Positions 60,652-64,000 of a stretch of DNA of 64,000 bases are shown here, piece after piece. Position numbers and translations under genes: made by a program. Below the pieces are notes generated by a model. That model did not search any database. It was not told where the DNA came from and saw only the letters and a program-made list of their open reading frames with translations. Where the stretch lies: positions 135,311,444-135,375,443 of the forward strand of contig NC_057711.1 in the NCBI RefSeq assembly GCF_004010195.1, read 5' to 3'. The DNA comes from Chiloscyllium plagiosum (Eukaryota). Position 1 is the first letter of the stretch, and the number at the start of each line of letters is the position of its first letter.

Positions 60652-60790
60652 GAGGCAGAGAACACAGGAGAAGCTCAGCAGGTCTGACACCACCTGGGGT
60701 GAGAGAAACCGAGTTAGCATTACCAGTTCTGCAGTTCTGAGAAAGACTCATACTGGACTCGATACGTTAACTCCGTTTCTAACTCCACAA
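60652..60790. mobile_element. Decayed fold-back Penelope-like mini element
   Basis: AAGCTCAGCAGGTCTG..GAGAAACCGAGTTA arm, then TTCTGAGAAAGACTCATACTGGACTCGATACGTTAACTC. Confidence 0.55.
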
Positions 60791-62080
60791 GTAATGTCTG
60801 TCCCCTGAGGTACTTGGCATCTCTATAAGGGCAACAAACCTGGCATCTGGCCGCTTAAGCCTTATGCAATTGGAGATGGCATTGCACATGGGTATAGCTT
60901 GAGTGTGGGATGAAGACCCAGAATTCAACTAGGTGTTACATTCCAATTAGAAATGCAATCTGATATATCTGAGAAAAAGGCAAGGTGACAAGTCTAAATT
61001 TTGCTGCTGATTAGTTGGAATATTTTTGTATGACCAGTAATTACTAATGACATCACTCTGATAAACTAGGTGACAGTAGTTACTAAGCTTAATAACACAT
61101 GAGAGCTGAGCTGGAAAGAACCAGATCAGTTCATGCAAGCTGCAAGGATTATTTATTTTGACACCATTTATTGTACCAGGAGTTGGAAAAATAACAATAG
61201 TACCTTTTCACCCTGAGGTGCTTCAGCATTCTTGCTGTTTCAATTATGCTCTAATTCAGCTTCCTCTGAAGATCCTGTTAATAATAGCTCCAAACCAGTT
61301 TACTAATTCTGTTATTAGGACTGCAGAAATAAAAAGAAGGCCATTCAATCCATCATATCTATACTGGAATATTTGCTAGAATAAACAAAAGCATAAAATT
61401 TAAAACTGGAGTTTGCCAACCAAATTTTCCTTCTTTTTTAACTATTGTGTTCTAAGATATCAAGTAGCGATGCTGCATTCTTCGTAATCTCTTGGTATTT
61501 CAGACTAGTATGAAGTTACTGCCATCAGTTATTTTTCTTTGAAGCACAATCGATGGGTTACAAATGATAGATTCTGCCTTCATCCGACATGCCATTAAAA
61601 AAGGAAATGTTCAAGAATCTTTCTCTGGACGTTCCACAACGGGGTTTCAATACGCAAACAACTTATTTTGAGAACATATTCTCAGAAATAGGAGCAGGGA
61701 ATAGGATCAGTCGAATCTTCTCAACTTTTCTGTATCATCTTCAGTTTCATCTTCACTATCCTTGATTTAAGAGAAATAAAGAACCTGTCTATCTCAGCCT
61801 TCGATATATTAAACAAGGGCACATCATCAATCCTCTGTGGTAGAGAATTCTAAGGATGCACAGACATTTGACAGAGTGAGCAGCCCTATGGTCCAGTAGG
61901 ACTTAATTTCACATCAGCCCCAGCTCTATGAGCCCTAATTATCATCTTTTGATCGTATCTTATTGAATACATTTTGGAAATCCATGCACTTGTATGTAAA
62001 GTTCCTCCTTTATCAATCCTACTGACCACATCATCAAAGCACTAATAAATTTGTCAAACACAATTCTCTGTTCACAAAAC

Positions 62081-62360
62081 CTCACAGCGCCAGAGACGCA
62101 GGTTCAATTCCAGCCCCGGGCAACTGTCTGTGTGGAGTTTGCACATTCACCCCATGTCTGCGTGGGTTTCCTCCAGGTGCTCCGGTTTCCTCCCACAATC
62201 CAAAGATGTGCAGGTTAGGTGAATTGGCCATGCTAAATTGCCCATAGTGTTAGGTGCATTAGGCAGGGGTAATTATAGAGTAATGGGTTTGGGTGGGTTA
62301 CTCCTCAGAGGGTTGGCGTGGACTTGTTGAGCCGAAGGGCCTGTTTCCACACTGTAGAGA
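62081..62360 (+). mobile_element. HE1-type V-SINE (5' end clipped)
   Basis: CTCACAGCGCCAGAGACGCAGGTTCAATTCC ... GGGCCTGTTTCCACACTGTAG. Confidence 0.9.
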
Positions 62361-62399
62361 TTCAACGATTTCTAAGTAAAAAAACCAAGGTATGAAGCT

Positions 62400-62542
62400 T
62401 AGCAATCTTGGATAGGCACATGAAGATAATACAATGAAGGGTATGTTGGTTAGTTTGATCTTAGAGTAGGATAAAAGGTCGGTGCAACATTGAGGGCCGA
62501 AGGGCCTGTACTGTGCTGTACTGTTCTATGTTCTATGTTCTA
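62400..62542 (+). mobile_element. CR1 3' tail
   Basis: GGGCCGAAGGGCCTGTACTGTGCTGTACTGTTCTATGTTCTATGTTCTA. Confidence 0.8.
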
Positions 62543-62897
62543 AAACTCAGCTCAAGGATGAGTGATTAGGTGGCTGTTTTTGACTGACATGTATGAACCA
62601 AAGGGCATCGTATTTTTGTGCTGTAGATCTCAATGACTTTAAGTGTTAGGTTTGGTGAAGTTTACAGAAAGTTTTTCTTGTTGAGCCCTAGTGACGTTTT
62701 CCACATGAATTTCCCAAATCAGTCTCAATAGCTATGTACCGAACCTCTGTGGTATCACACTTGTCATATTCTCTGTGCTCCATGGGCTGAAGTGCTGCCC
62801 CCTGGTGGGATTTGTTTTACCAGTACCATCTTTAAATCCCAGCTTTGCACCAAGTCGAGTGCTAGCAGTGTGCAACCACCCTGTATAGCTCTTGTCA

Positions 62898-63580
62898 CAG
62901 GATCATAGAGTCGTTCAACATGGAACAGACCCTTCAGTTCAACCAGTCCATACCAACCATAATCCCAAACTAAACTAGTCCCACCTGGCTGCACTTGGCT
63001 TACATCCCTCCAAACATTTCCTATTCATGGACTTATCTAAATGTCTTTTAAATAATGTAACTATACCCGCATCTACCATTTCCTCTGGAAGTTCATTCCA
63101 CGCATTAACGATATTCTGTGTAAAAAAATTGCCTCTCATGTCTTTTTAAAATCTTTCTCTTCTCACCTTAAAAATATGCCTCTTAATCTTGAAATCCCGC
63201 ACCCGAGGGAAAAGACATCTGCTATTCACCTTATATATACCCTCCATGATTTTATAAATCTCTATGCGGTCATCCCTCAACTTCCTACGCTCCAGTGAAA
63301 AAAGTCCCAGTCTATCCAGCCTCTCCTTATAACTCAAACCCTTCATTTCCAGCAACATCCTGGTAAATCTCTTCTAAACCCTCCCCAGCTTAATGACATC
63401 CTTCCACTAACAGGGTGACCAGAGTGGGACACCGTACTCCAGAAGAGGCCTCACGAATGTCCTGTCTAATTTCAACGTAACATTCCAACTCTTATATTCG
63501 AAGGTCTGAACAGTGCAGGCAAGAGTACCAACTACCTTTTTAACCATCTTGTCTGTACATGACACACATTTTAAAGATTT
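62898..63580 (-). mobile_element. CR1 3' end
   Basis: Peptide [33 protein letters not shown]. Confidence 0.88.
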
Positions 63581-63589
63581 ATCATCGAT

Positions 63590-63922
63590 TCATAGAATCT
63601 CTACAGTGTGGAAACAGGCCCTTCAGCCCAACAAGTCCACACCGATCCTCTGAAGAGTAACTCACCCAGACCCATTCCCCTACCCTATTATCCTATACTT
63701 ACCCTGACTAATGCACCTAAACTACACATCTCTGCACACTATGGGCAATTTAGCATGACCAATTCACCTATCCTACACATCTTTGGACTGTGGGAGGAAA
63801 CCAGAGAAAACCCACGTAGACATGGGGAGAATGTACAAACTCCACATAAACAGACACCTGAGGGTAGAATTGAACCTGGGTCCCTGGTGCTGTGAGGCAG
63901 TAGTGCTAACCACTGAACCACC
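63590..63922 (-). mobile_element. HE1-type V-SINE
   Basis: CATAGAATCTCTACAGTGTGGAAACAGGCCCTTC ... GCTAACCACTGAACCACC on the plus strand. Confidence 0.9.
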
Positions 63923-64000
63923 ATAGCTCTTGGTCCCATTGCATCAGTCAGGAGGAAATTATTACCCTGTTTTGCCAACAGATGCTGGTGGTTGGAGCAT

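Noticed and set aside
60270-60665. 131-aa ORF as a host-TE fusion gene
   Set aside because: The C-terminal part is CR1 RT and the start lies in a decayed PLE. The middle has no recognisable domain, so this is likely chance read-through.

Overview
Vertebrate genomic DNA (AT-rich, CpG-depleted), almost certainly from a cartilaginous fish (shark). The evidence is many HE1-type V-SINEs sharing a 3' tail with CR1/HER1-type LINEs, plus Deu-domain SINE remnants. I find no intact host gene. The recognisable ORF-track hits are fragments of transposable elements, and the rest look like chance ORFs. The window is intergenic or intronic and layered with nested repeats: CR1, L2, Rex1/Babar, another CR1/L2-group LINE, Gypsy gag and pol fossils, solo LTRs, Harbinger transposase and Myb/SANT fossils, and a Tigger-like MITE. 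The most notable signal is about 19 Penelope-like (PLE) insertions from several subfamilies. Most carry an intact or decayed minimal type-I hammerhead motif (CUGANGA - stem II - GAAA-CG/GC-UH), many are fold-back palindromes, and many have 9-18 bp target-site duplications. Their 5' ends or inversion centres cluster at the ribozyme core. A 2.1 kb PLE palindrome has near-identical inner arms but diverged outer arms. All family assignments come from motif recognition by eye, not database searches, and boundaries of old elements are approximate.
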